Assembly (NCBI GenBank): GCA_965601515.1
Contig: CBFCWN010000007.1
Coordinates: 4,992 to 68,991 of the forward strand
Length of the DNA stretch: 64,000 bases
Source: an uncultured Myxococcales bacterium
Lineage (GTDB): Bacteria > Myxococcota_A > Polyangia > Polyangiales > Houyiibacteriaceae
Direction of reading: 5' to 3'
Shown here: one piece after another, positions 36,108 to 44,467 of the stretch
Numbering within the stretch: position 1 is the first letter of the stretch
Layout: each line of letters starts with the position of its first letter
The notes under the pieces: generated by a model
Told to the model about the DNA's origin: nothing
Seen by the model: the letters and a program-made list of their open reading frames with translations, nothing else
Database searches by the model: none
Made by a program: the position numbers and the translations under genes

Positions 36108-37001
36108 ATGGATGGGCGTGGACCACAGCGGCATCAAGATCTCGAAGACGTGATTAGCGTGATCGCCGAGTCGTACGACGGCGACGACGAAATCAACAAT
36201 CTCGAGAGCGCCGACCTGCCCAACAAGCGTGCGGTGATCGCGGCCTTCAATCACATCATGCCGGTGCTCTACATGGGCTTCTACAGCACTCGTGCGCTCA
36301 ACCGAACCAACCTTCGATACGCCCTCAGCGAGCACCTTTACCCGGCCCAAGACATTCTCGTCGAGCAGATCTGTCGAGCCGTTCGCTATCAGGAGCGCAT
36401 GGGGCGAGTCGACGAGGTGACGCCGGAAGGTTGGAGCGAAGAGGTCGTTCTTAGGCTCTTCAAGAAGATTCCCGAGCTGCGTCGAATCCTCAACACCGAC
36501 GTTCGCGCGGCGTACGAGGGCGATCCTGCCGCCTCGAGCATCGAAGAGGTTGTCTTCAGCTATCCAAGCATCCAGGCGATCTCAGCCTATCGCGTCGCGC
36601 ACGAGCTCTACATGGACAACGTGCCCATGATCCCGCGCATCATCACCGAATACGCGCACAGTCGATCCGGCATCGACATCAACCCCGGCGCTCAGATTGG
36701 CGAGAGCTTCTTCATCGATCATGGAACGGGCGTCGTGATCGGGGCGACGGCAGTCATCGGTCGCAACGTGAAGCTCTACCAGGGCGTGACGCTCGGGGCG
36801 CTCAGCGTTTCGCGTGGCGAAGTCACCGGGCGGCGCGGCGAGAAACGTCACCCGACCATCGAGGACGACGTGACCATCTATGCGGGTGCGTCGATTCACG
36901 GGGGCGAAACTGTGATCGGTGCGGGCTCCGTGATCGGAGGCAACGTCTGGCTCACGAAGTCGGTGCCGCCCGGATCGAAAGTGTTCGGCCGCGCGAAGTA
37001 G
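36108..37001 (+). CDS. cysE: Serine O-acetyltransferase, long N-terminal-extension type
   Basis: The sequence carries ...[30 protein letters not shown]...[36 protein letters not shown]...[17 protein letters not shown], which is the hexapeptide and SAT signature. Confidence 0.88.
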   Translation: MDGRGPQRHQDLEDVISVIAESYDGDDEINNLESADLPNKRAVIAAFNHIMPVLYMGFYSTRALNRTNLRYALSEHLYPAQDILVEQICRAVRYQERMGRVDEVTPEGWSEEVVLRLFKKIPELRRILNTDVRAAYEGDPAASSIEEVVFSYPSIQAISAYRVAHELYMDNVPMIPRIITEYAHSRSGIDINPGAQIGESFFIDHGTGVVIGATAVIGRNVKLYQGVTLGALSVSRGEVTGRRGEKRHPTIEDDVTIYAGASIHGGETVIGAGSVIGGNVWLTKSVPPGSKVFGRAK

Positions 37002-37009
37002 CCGTAGGC

Positions 37010-37249
37010 TCAGCCCTTCTCGGCGAGCTTTTCCTGGACCTTGTCGTGTACGGCCTGAAGGTTCGTCAGCTCGGCCAGCTCTTCTTCCGCGATGGTGATC
37101 TCGTAGTTCTTTTCAACGTCCGCGACGATCTCGATCGCCATCATGCTGTCGATGCCAAGGTCAGCAAACGGGGTATCCTCGGGGATTTCCTCTACTTCGG
37201 TCACTTCGGTGATGATCTCCCGAAGCTCGTCTTTCAGGTTATCCGACAT
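37010..37249 (-). CDS. Stand-alone acyl carrier protein (not the fab-cluster type context)
   Basis: The 79-aa sequence is acidic. The phosphopantetheine site is FADLGIDSMMAIEIV. Confidence 0.85.
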   Translation of the reverse strand: MSDNLKDELREIITEVTEVEEIPEDTPFADLGIDSMMAIEIVADVEKNYEITIAEEELAELTNLQAVHDKVQEKLAEKG

Positions 37250-37298
37250 GCGGCCCGTATATGCTTGGGTTCACGTTTTCCGTCAAGCTTCGAAAACT

Positions 37299-37310
37299 GG
37301 CCGATCGGCC
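37299..37310. promoter_or_regulatory. 12-nt perfect palindrome GGCCGATCGGCC in the acp / spt divergent promoter region
   Basis: I read it directly. It lies in the 116-nt, relatively AT-rich intergenic region. It is 49 nt from the acp ATG and 55 nt from the spt-like ATG. Confidence 0.3.
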
Positions 37311-37365
37311 TGTTTGGAAAGTGGTAAATCGGGCAAATTCCATTACGTTGGGCCGGTCGTTCCCG

Positions 37366-38571
37366 ATGAGTTGGATATCCGAAAAGGCGCAGTCCGAGCT
37401 TCAGCGCGTACGCGACGCCCAGGCGAAAGAGATCTACCCGTACTTCCGGCCGTTCGAGTCCGGAGGCCTGCACACGACCATTGCGGGTAAGCCCATCGTC
37501 AACTTCAGCTCGAACGACTACCTCGGCCTCACGACCCACCCGAAGGTTAAAGAGGAGGCCAAAAAGGCGGTCGACCAGTTTGCATGCGGCCTCAGCTCCT
37601 CGCGGGTGCAGGCCACGGCCACCGCCCATGTCGAGCTCGAAGAACGCCTGGCCGCTTGGTACGGATTCGAAAGCGCGTTGATCTTCACCACGGGCTACCA
37701 GGCGATGGTGGGCACCATCATGTCGCTCGCCGACAAAGACACCACCATCGTGCTCGACAACCTGAGCCACGCCTGCATCCTCGACGGCACGTTCCTCGCG
37801 GCGGGCACGCCCATGCGCGCTCCCGAGGTTCGGTTCTTCAATCACAACAGCGCAAAGGCGCTCGACCGCGTGCTCCGCAAACGAGAACGCGAGAACGCCC
37901 TGGTACTCATCGAGGGCATCTACTCACTCGACGGCGACGAGGCGAACATCCAAGAGTTCCTCGAGGTCTGCGCGAATCACGAGAACGTATCGATCGTCTG
38001 CGACGACGCGCACGGCACGGGCACGCTCGGGAAGGGCGGCCGAGGCATCATCGAGAAGTACGGCCTCCAGGGGCAAATCCCGGTCGTCATCAGCACATTC
38101 TCGAAAACGTTTGGCGGCATTGGTGGCATCCTCCTCGGCGACGCCGACGTGGTCGACTTCATCAAGCACAACGCCCGGTCGTTTCTCTTCAGTGCCTCGC
38201 TGCCCGTTCCGATCGTCGCGGCAGCCAGCGCCATCCTCGACATGCTGGAGGCGGATGGAGAAGCCATGGTCTCCGAGCTTCACGAGAAGTCCGCGTACAT
38301 GCGGAAGGGGCTCACCGAAATCGGGTTCGACCTCGGCGATAGCAACACCCACATCATGCCGATCATGATTCGGGACGAAACCAAGGCGATGTTCACGCAC
38401 GTGGCGCTTCTCGAAAACGGCACCCTGATGGTCCCGATCATGTATCCGGCCGTCAAAGAGGGCGAGGAGCGTCTTCGCCTGAACGTCACGCGCGGCCACA
38501 CCTACGAGGACATCGACAAGGCCCTCGAGCTTCTAAAGATGTTCGCCACCAACTTCTCGCTCGTGGCGTAG
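37366..38571 (+). CDS. spt: Alpha-oxoamine synthase family PLP enzyme, most likely serine palmitoyltransferase (alternative: BioF/KBL-like)
   Basis: The sequence carries ...VNFSSNDYLGLTTHP...FTTGYQAMVG...DDAHGTGTLG...VISTFSKTFGGIGG. The T-F-S-K lysine motif matches, as I recall it, bacterial SPT rather than BioF. It is divergently paired with a dedicated ACP. The start is ATG 37366; the track ORF starts at 37261. Confidence 0.7.
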   Translation: MSWISEKAQSELQRVRDAQAKEIYPYFRPFESGGLHTTIAGKPIVNFSSNDYLGLTTHPKVKEEAKKAVDQFACGLSSSRVQATATAHVELEERLAAWYGFESALIFTTGYQAMVGTIMSLADKDTTIVLDNLSHACILDGTFLAAGTPMRAPEVRFFNHNSAKALDRVLRKRERENALVLIEGIYSLDGDEANIQEFLEVCANHENVSIVCDDAHGTGTLGKGGRGIIEKYGLQGQIPVVISTFSKTFGGIGGILLGDADVVDFIKHNARSFLFSASLPVPIVAAASAILDMLEADGEAMVSELHEKSAYMRKGLTEIGFDLGDSNTHIMPIMIRDETKAMFTHVALLENGTLMVPIMYPAVKEGEERLRLNVTRGHTYEDIDKALELLKMFATNFSLVA

Positions 38572-38632
38572 CCGCTCACTCTGGCAGAGGCAGGAGGCCG
38601 AGTGCACCAGGGGTGAGCGTCGATCCTCGGCC

Positions 38633-40345
38633 CTATTCTCCGGCCGGGCCCTTGTCGACGATGTGGAACTCCACTCGTCGGTTGAGTGCTGCTTCCGCCC
38701 TGCTCTTCGGATTCGGGTAGAGCGGTTTCTTCGGTCCGTAGCCGCGCGCTTCGAGTCGAGCGCGATTCACCTGACCGCGACCGACGAGGTAGCGGACCAC
38801 GGTGTTCGCGCGCTTCTTCGAGAGGATCATGTTGTACTTGAGGCTGCCGCTCTTGTCGCTGTGACCCTCGACCCGCACCTTCGTGATTTCGGGGTGCGCG
38901 ATCAGGACTGCCGCCACGTTGTCGAGTAGGGCCCACGAGCGTTTTTGAAGCTTCGCGCTTCCCTTCTTGAAGTAGACCTTCTCGAGAATCTCGAGCTGCC
39001 CGTCACCGATCACGACGAGCTGGGCGACCTTGCAGCCTTGGTTCTCGGTGCTTCCGGGTTCGTCGGGGCAGTTGTCGATTCGGTCCGGAACGCCGTCGCC
39101 ATCTCGGTCGGGGTCCGGACAGCCATCGTTCTCCGGCGGGCCGGGCTCGTTCGGGCAGCGGTCGTCCACGTCGAGGATGCCGTCCTCGTCGTTGTCTGGG
39201 TCAGGACACCCGTCCTCATCCTCGAAGCCGTCGAAGTCCTCGGGCTCGTTCGGGCACTTATCGTCGACGTCGGGAATACCGTCCCCATCGTTGTCGAGAT
39301 CGGGACATCCGTCTTCATCCTCGAAGCCGTCGAAGTCCTCGGGCTCGTTCGGGCACTGGTCCACCGCGTCCGGAATACCGTCGCCATCGGCGTCAGGCTC
39401 CTTCGGCTCGCCCGGCATCGTGTAGCCGACCATGCCGATCACTCGCCAGTCGGGTGTTCCGTAGCCGTCGGTCACGCCCGCACTTCCCGCGGCACCCAGA
39501 TTGAACCCGAATTTCGGGTTCCACTTGAAGCCACCGAGCACTTCGACAGGGGTGGTGAAGAGTGTCGAAGTGACGCTCGCAGCCGCGCGGCCAAACGCCT
39601 CCGCGGAGATCTGGAACTGGTCGTGCTGGCCCATCACGACCAGTACGCCGCCGCCGTAGGTCCATTCGTTTCCGACCCAAGAGTCGGGGAAGACCTGCGC
39701 CGCACGGGTGTTGAGCTTGTAGCCGGCCTGGATCGGGATACGAACGTGATCGCCGGCGTTGAAGTTGAGCAAGAGCTCGAACCAGCCGCCGAGGTACGGA
39801 CTGCGATCGACACCGCCCGCGAAGTCCTGCTGGCTCTTTGAGAGCGAAGCCGTGTTCACCGTCATGGTGGTGTTGACACCGAGCTGAAAGACGTCGTCCC
39901 GCGTACCGAAGAGCCGCCAACGCGCGCCAAAGTAGAGGTCGCCGAGCGCGTTCCTGTTCAGATCGGGGAGACCGTCCGCCTCGCGAATGAACATGTGATA
40001 CGGGGTGTCGATGAAGATGACGATCCGATCGATCAAGCCCAAGCTGAGGACGAGGTGCCCGGTCAGCTGCTGGTTCACGAACTGCAGACCGTTCACCTTG
40101 AGCGGGTCGTCCGCATAGTCGAGCCACAGCTGAAAGCCGAACCTCAGGTGTCCCTGGTCGTCGGGCGTGCTGGTCGCGAAACCATCGGTCGCAAGCTCCG
40201 CCGGTCGGAACTGGTTGAGGTCGATTTGGGTGTTGCCCTGCGCGGACGCCACGGCCCCGAAGGCAGACACGGCGAGCATGGCCAGGGCGCATGCCCAACC
40301 CCGCTTGAAACTTTCTAGCCTCACTTCGTTCACGCTCTCCTCCAT
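38633..40345 (-). CDS. OmpA-family outer-membrane protein with an N-terminal beta-barrel-like region and thrombospondin type-3 repeats
   Basis: Calcium-binding TSP3 repeats are present (DADGDGIPDAVDQCPNEPEDFDGFEDEDGCPD...). The C-terminal OmpA-like domain reads VYFKKGSAKL...VEGHSDKSGSLKYNMILSKKRANTVVRYL. The start is uncertain (ATG 40345, GTG 40333 or GTG 40324). Confidence 0.88.
   Translation of the reverse strand: MEESVNEVRLESFKRGWACALAMLAVSAFGAVASAQGNTQIDLNQFRPAELATDGFATSTPDDQGHLRFGFQLWLDYADDPLKVNGLQFVNQQLTGHLVLSLGLIDRIVIFIDTPYHMFIREADGLPDLNRNALGDLYFGARWRLFGTRDDVFQLGVNTTMTVNTASLSKSQQDFAGGVDRSPYLGGWFELLLNFNAGDHVRIPIQAGYKLNTRAAQVFPDSWVGNEWTYGGGVLVVMGQHDQFQISAEAFGRAAASVTSTLFTTPVEVLGGFKWNPKFGFNLGAAGSAGVTDGYGTPDWRVIGMVGYTMPGEPKEPDADGDGIPDAVDQCPNEPEDFDGFEDEDGCPDLDNDGDGIPDVDDKCPNEPEDFDGFEDEDGCPDPDNDEDGILDVDDRCPNEPGPPENDGCPDPDRDGDGVPDRIDNCPDEPGSTENQGCKVAQLVVIGDGQLEILEKVYFKKGSAKLQKRSWALLDNVAAVLIAHPEITKVRVEGHSDKSGSLKYNMILSKKRANTVVRYLVGRGQVNRARLEARGYGPKKPLYPNPKSRAEAALNRRVEFHIVDKGPAGE
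39030..39425 (-). repeat. Intragenic TSP3 coding repeats, including an exact 43-nt duplication
   Basis: TCATCCTCGAAGCCGTCGAAGTCCTCGGGCTCGTTCGGGCACT occurs at 39216-39258 and again at 39315-39357 (99-nt period). It encodes CPNEPEDFDGFEDEDG twice. Confidence 0.9.
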
Positions 40346-40470
40346 TCCCCGTCTGGCCGCGCCCGTGGGCGCACGCGTGACTTCCAAAAACTACCACTCG
40401 GCAACTGCACAGGGACAGTTAGCGGCCACGCGAACGCGTGTTCAGGGTTCCGCCCAGGCGAACCGTAGGG

Positions 40471-40486
40471 CCTCGGCAAGCCGAGG
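40471..40486 (-). terminator. GC hairpin just after the MaoC-like gene stop
   Basis: On the minus strand it reads CCTCGG-cttg-CCGAGG, starting 14 nt after the stop at 40500. No U-tract follows. Confidence 0.3.
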
Positions 40487-40499
40487 GGTGTTCTGACGC

Positions 40500-40967
40500 T
40501 CAGGTCTTGTGCGGGAAGTAGAGGCTCACCGTTTCTGCGATGCAGCCCGGGCGGTCCTCGCCTTCAATCTCGACCGTGACGCGCACGACGGAGAGAATGC
40601 CGCCCTTCGACTCCTCGACGGACACCACCTCCGCGCCGCCTCGAATACGCGCACCGACCTTCACCGCGTTCGGGAATCGCACCTTGTTCGTGCCGTAGTT
40701 CACGGCGAACTCGAACCCGCGTACCTCGAAGATCTGAGGCATGAACGAGCTCACCAAGGAAAGCGTCAGATAACCGTGCGCGATCGTCACGCCAAAGGGC
40801 CCTGTCTTTGCGCGTTCGACATCGACGTGAATCCACTGATGGTCGTTCGTCGCATCCGCGAATTTGTCGACACGCTCCTGCTCCATCGTCATCCACGGGC
40901 TGTAGCCCAGGTGCTTTCCAACTGCGGCCTTGAGCTCGTGGGGGGACTCGAAAATCGTCTCGGGCAT
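40500..40967 (-). CDS. MaoC-like (R)-specific enoyl-CoA hydratase / dehydratase, hotdog fold
   Basis: The sequence carries ...RVDKFADATNDHQWIHVDVERAKTGPFGVTIAHGYLTLSL... and is 155 aa. Confidence 0.85.
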   Translation of the reverse strand: MPETIFESPHELKAAVGKHLGYSPWMTMEQERVDKFADATNDHQWIHVDVERAKTGPFGVTIAHGYLTLSLVSSFMPQIFEVRGFEFAVNYGTNKVRFPNAVKVGARIRGGAEVVSVEESKGGILSVVRVTVEIEGEDRPGCIAETVSLYFPHKT

Positions 40968-41052
40968 CGTGCGCCGGAGAATAGACGGACCGAACGCGCA
41001 GCGCCAGGGGCGGGCGCACGTGTGTAGACTACCTGCTGACCCTTTCGCGGCG

Positions 41053-41385
41053 CTAGCGACTCAGGGTCCACGTGATGGCGCATACCTGGTCGAGCCGCCG
41101 CTCCAGATGCGCCACTCTCTCTCGCGAGACGTACCCCCAAGCGCCTGCGATGGTCGGCGCCGCCCGCTTCATCTGGTCCGCAAGACCCCGGTCCCTTTTC
41201 CTCACAGCCTCAATCACCGGAAGCATCTCGACAAGGACCTCCTGCGCCCGAATCTCAACATTCTTCTGTCGCATCACGAGCGACTCGATCCAACCGCCAA
41301 GAGCCCATGTCGGCCGGAGTCCGAGCGCCCGCCCCCGCGACTGCGCCCGCGTCAGTGCCAGTGCCAGCGCCCGCGTCCCCGTCAC
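41053..41385 (-). CDS. Hypothetical protein; only a weak resemblance to four-helix-bundle (23S rRNA IVS-type) proteins
   Basis: It is 110 aa, and its start overlaps the DUF502 stop (ATGA). The segment LADQMKRAAPTIAGAWG loosely recalls the QxxRAAxSIxxNIAEG motif, but the rest does not match. Confidence 0.4.
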   Translation of the reverse strand: MTGTRALALALTRAQSRGRALGLRPTWALGGWIESLVMRQKNVEIRAQEVLVEMLPVIEAVRKRDRGLADQMKRAAPTIAGAWGYVSRERVAHLERRLDQVCAITWTLSR

Positions 41386-41951
41386 ATCGGATCGATCGCC
41401 GTCTTCCCCGCATTCATCGCGGTAACCCCTCCCGACACGATAAAGGCCATGAACTCGGCCCCCTCGGCGTCGAGCGGATGCACGCGCTCCTTCGGGACGA
41501 CGATGAGGTTGCCCGCAAAGTTGTAGGACTCGGGTAGGTAAACGGAGACGTGTCCGGCGAGTTGGGGGTCGTCGAACTGCTCTGCCGTGAGGAAGCCAAG
41601 CACCTTGAGGCCATGGCTGTTGATGTCGACCGCGACCGGCTTGTCGAACTTACGCTTGCTGCCGACGAACGCGCCGAAGAGGTCTCGGAGGGCGTTGTAG
41701 AGGATTCGAATCAGAGGGACGCGCTGCATTCCCGCCTCGAGCCACTCGAGTAGCTTCGTTCCGACGACGTTGCCGGTCAGGTAGCCAATGAGGGTAATCC
41801 CCGCCGCCGCGATGACGATTCCAAGGCCTGGGATCGCGGTGTCCAGCCATCGGTCTAGCGTGGTGACCGTCACAACGACGATCCAGAGCGTGATTGCCAC
41901 GGGTGCCAGGACCAAGAGTCCCTGCGCGAAGCTTCTCGTCAGCGTTCTCAT
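41382..41951 (-). CDS. DUF502-family membrane protein
   Basis: Two N-terminal TM helices are present. Other matches are ...IPLIRILYNALRDLFGAF...VLGFLT...VYLPESYNFAGNLIVVPKERV. Confidence 0.75.
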   Translation of the reverse strand: MRTLTRSFAQGLLVLAPVAITLWIVVVTVTTLDRWLDTAIPGLGIVIAAAGITLIGYLTGNVVGTKLLEWLEAGMQRVPLIRILYNALRDLFGAFVGSKRKFDKPVAVDINSHGLKVLGFLTAEQFDDPQLAGHVSVYLPESYNFAGNLIVVPKERVHPLDAEGAEFMAFIVSGGVTAMNAGKTAIDPM

Positions 41952-42006
41952 GGGCTTTTTCTATCACCAGGTTGCGTGTCCCGCATTTGCGACCATTACG
42001 CGCTCG

Positions 42007-42891
42007 GTGTCCACGAGCGCATCACCCTGGCAGAAAGTGTCGCCCGGGATTCGTCACATGCTCCTCGGCACCTTGTTCTTCAGCGCGATGAGCGTCTTCG
42101 CGAAGCTGGCAGGTGCGCGCCTGCCGACGATGGAGCTCGTGATCGCTCGCGTGCTGATCACGATGGTGATGTGCATCTGGGCACTTCGCAGCCTCGGGAT
42201 CTCGCCTTGGGGGAACAACAAGAAGCTTCTCTTGCTGCGGGGATTCGCCGGGTTCATGGGGCTGAGCTGCTACTTCTACGCAATCAATCATCTGCCGCTC
42301 GCGGACGCGACCGTGATTCAGTTCTGCAACCCGATGGTGGCGGCGCTGATTGCGACCTTCGCCCTCAGGGAGCCGCTTCGAGGCGCAGAGGTCGTCGCGA
42401 CCGTGCTGAGCATGCTCGGCGTGATTCTGGTCGCGCAGCCGACGTTTTTCTTCGCCGAGGGCGCTGCGCTCGATCCCCTCGCAGTCACGATCGGGCTGGT
42501 CGGCGCGTTCTTCTCGGCGGTCGCCTACGTCGTGATGCGCCGCCTCGGAGCTACCGACCACCACATGGTCGTGGTGTTCTACTTTCCGCTCGTGACCGGG
42601 CCGCTTTCGCTTCCTCTCCTCGCCATCGAGGGGGTGGTCATGCCTCAGGGCGTCGAGTGGCTCTACCTTCTGGGAATCGGGATCTCCGCGCAGCTCGGAC
42701 AGATCCAGATCACACAGGGCTTTGCGCTCGAGACTGCGAGCAGGGCGTCCTCCGTGACCTACGTCCAGATCGTTCTTGCGTACACCTGGGGGATCCTGTT
42801 GTTCGGCGAGTTCCCCAACATCCTCAGCATCGTGGGGGCGGTGCTCGTCGTTCTCGGCGTCTTCAGCGTGACTCGGCGGCCTCAGCCCTGA
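42007..42891 (+). CDS. EamA/DMT-superfamily transporter
   Basis: It has ten predicted TM segments and duplicated EamA halves (...LLGTLFFSAMSVFAKL..., ...ATVIQFCNPMVAALIA...). The start is ambiguous (GTG 42007 or ATG 42058). Confidence 0.8.
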   Translation: MSTSASPWQKVSPGIRHMLLGTLFFSAMSVFAKLAGARLPTMELVIARVLITMVMCIWALRSLGISPWGNNKKLLLLRGFAGFMGLSCYFYAINHLPLADATVIQFCNPMVAALIATFALREPLRGAEVVATVLSMLGVILVAQPTFFFAEGAALDPLAVTIGLVGAFFSAVAYVVMRRLGATDHHMVVVFYFPLVTGPLSLPLLAIEGVVMPQGVEWLYLLGIGISAQLGQIQITQGFALETASRASSVTYVQIVLAYTWGILLFGEFPNILSIVGAVLVVLGVFSVTRRPQP

Positions 42892-43634
42892 TCGAGCGGT
42901 GCGAAGAGGTCCGGAGCAACGCCGATCGACTCGAGCGTCTCACCTCCGGCGACGTCCGTGATGAAGGTCATGAGCTGTCCCGCTCCCTCGTGCTGAGTCG
43001 CGATCTTGGCGCCCGTGCTGAGATCGACCCAGCCCTGCCACGTCGTTTCGACGCCGCCGATGGGAATGACCTGAACCCACATGCGCCACGCTTTGGGCAG
43101 TCCGTCTTCGCCGGGTATCCACAGGAATGCGTCGCCCGGGGTGACGCCGCCCGAGGTGTAGCTGACCAGCAGGCCCTTGCCGCCTTCCTCGAGGTCGACG
43201 AGCGCGCGCTCGACGCCTGGGTCGAAGAGCTTCACGACGGGGTTGAGCCAAAACGAGTCGTTGATCCAAAACGTATACGCAACGCGGATTGCTTCTGCGG
43301 TATCGGCTTCGTTCTGCTCGACGCCATTCTTCCAAACCCGTCCCGTTTGGTCGGCGGTCCTGAACAGGGCACGCGAATCGCCCCACTTGAGCTCGACGAG
43401 GTCGTTCTTCCGATCCCACACGTAGTGGTGACGTTCGAAGAACGACCACCGGACGGCACCGGTTCGATCCCACGCCTCCTTGTTGACCGCCGCCTCCATC
43501 GAGCGCGCGAGGGCATCCGCCTCGGGGCCCGGCTGTCCGACGGGACGATCCTCGCTCATCGAGTACATGACCAAAGCGACTCCCAGCACACTGAGGAGCA
43601 GAATCGCGGCGAGGATTTGAAACGCCCGCATCAT
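42882..43634 (-). CDS. Membrane-anchored hypothetical protein
   Basis: The sequence MMRAFQILAAILLLSVLGVALVMYS is followed by a roughly 220-aa soluble domain. I recognised no motif. GC3 is high. The track ORF extends upstream to 43763. Confidence 0.6.
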   Translation of the reverse strand: MMRAFQILAAILLLSVLGVALVMYSMSEDRPVGQPGPEADALARSMEAAVNKEAWDRTGAVRWSFFERHHYVWDRKNDLVELKWGDSRALFRTADQTGRVWKNGVEQNEADTAEAIRVAYTFWINDSFWLNPVVKLFDPGVERALVDLEEGGKGLLVSYTSGGVTPGDAFLWIPGEDGLPKAWRMWVQVIPIGGVETTWQGWVDLSTGAKIATQHEGAGQLMTFITDVAGGETLESIGVAPDLFAPLDQG

Positions 43635-43690
43635 TGGAGGTCGGAAGCGTACACTGTGCAGAGTGGGGGCAAAAGCGCTATGAGACGAGC

Positions 43691-44461
43691 ATGGCGCATT
43701 CGCACGGACATCAGGGCGGCTCGGACGGTTCTCCGAAGATCGACACTTTCGAGCACGGTGCACCGAAAGACGGCGAGCCCCAAAGCCTGAACAAGCGACT
43801 CTTCATGCAGCTGTTGGTCTTCCAGGTCCCTACGGGCGAGTCGGTCAACGCCCATCAGGAAGCGCTCCTCGGTGCGTTGAAGGAGGCCGACCTCTCCTCA
43901 GTCGTCTACGCCGACGCCAACGATCCGCGTGGGGTAGGGTTGCTCACGTTCGGAGAAGACCCTGCGATCTTCGTCGATCGCGTTCGGCCGATCTTCGAGT
44001 CCGAGCCGATGAAGGGCTGGACCCTTCGTCCCGATCTCACGATGATCGGCCGCACCTACAGCAGCGGCTACGAGAAGGACCTCGCGTACTGGCTTCTCGA
44101 CCGTCCGCGTGAAACCGTACTGAACGAATCATGGAACTGGGCCGTTTGGTACCCGCTTCGCCGGACCGGCGCGTTCGAGCAGCTCGAGCCGCGCGAGAAG
44201 GGCGGCATCCTTCGTGAGCACGCGACGATTGGGCGCGCGTACGGCGAGCAGGACTTGGCACACGACGTCCGCCTCGCGAGCCACGGCCTCGACGCCAACG
44301 ACAACGAGTTCCTCATCGGTTTGATCGGGGCCGAGCTTCATCCGCTCTCGCACGTGGTTCAGTCGATGCGAGGCACGGTGCAGACTTCGCAGTACATTCA
44401 GCAGATGGGGCCGTTCTTCGTCGGGCGTGCCATTGGTCGACACGCCGGCTCGAAGCGGTGA
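43691..44461 (+). CDS. Chlorite dismutase (Cld/HemQ/ChdC) family haem-binding protein
   Basis: The sequence carries ...FMQLLVFQV...VGLLTFGEDP...WYPLRRTGAFEQLEPREKGGILREHATIGRAYG... (proximal His region). The N-terminus is His-rich (MAHSHGHQGG). Confidence 0.7.
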   Translation: MAHSHGHQGGSDGSPKIDTFEHGAPKDGEPQSLNKRLFMQLLVFQVPTGESVNAHQEALLGALKEADLSSVVYADANDPRGVGLLTFGEDPAIFVDRVRPIFESEPMKGWTLRPDLTMIGRTYSSGYEKDLAYWLLDRPRETVLNESWNWAVWYPLRRTGAFEQLEPREKGGILREHATIGRAYGEQDLAHDVRLASHGLDANDNEFLIGLIGAELHPLSHVVQSMRGTVQTSQYIQQMGPFFVGRAIGRHAGSKR

Positions 44462-44467
44462 ACCTCC

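Noticed and set aside
38573-38632. Interleaved inverted repeats (CGCTCAC...GGCCGAG...GTGAGCG...CTCGGCC) between the convergent spt-like and ompA-family genes, with pseudoknot-like topology
   Set aside because: The 7-bp arms have 25-33-nt loops in GC-rich DNA, which is easily produced by chance. There is no U-tract, and conservation cannot be tested here.
39030-39425. Regularly spaced DNA repeats that could be mistaken for a CRISPR-like or mobile repeat array
   Set aside because: They lie in frame inside the OmpA-family gene and encode thrombospondin type-3 calcium-binding repeats. There are no unique spacers and no cas genes.
41976-43790. 604-aa plus-strand ORF spanning the EamA gene and the opposite-strand hypothetical gene
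   Set aside because: It is an alternative frame of the EamA transporter and antisense to 42882-43634. The sequence is Arg-rich, and it conflicts with two better-supported genes.
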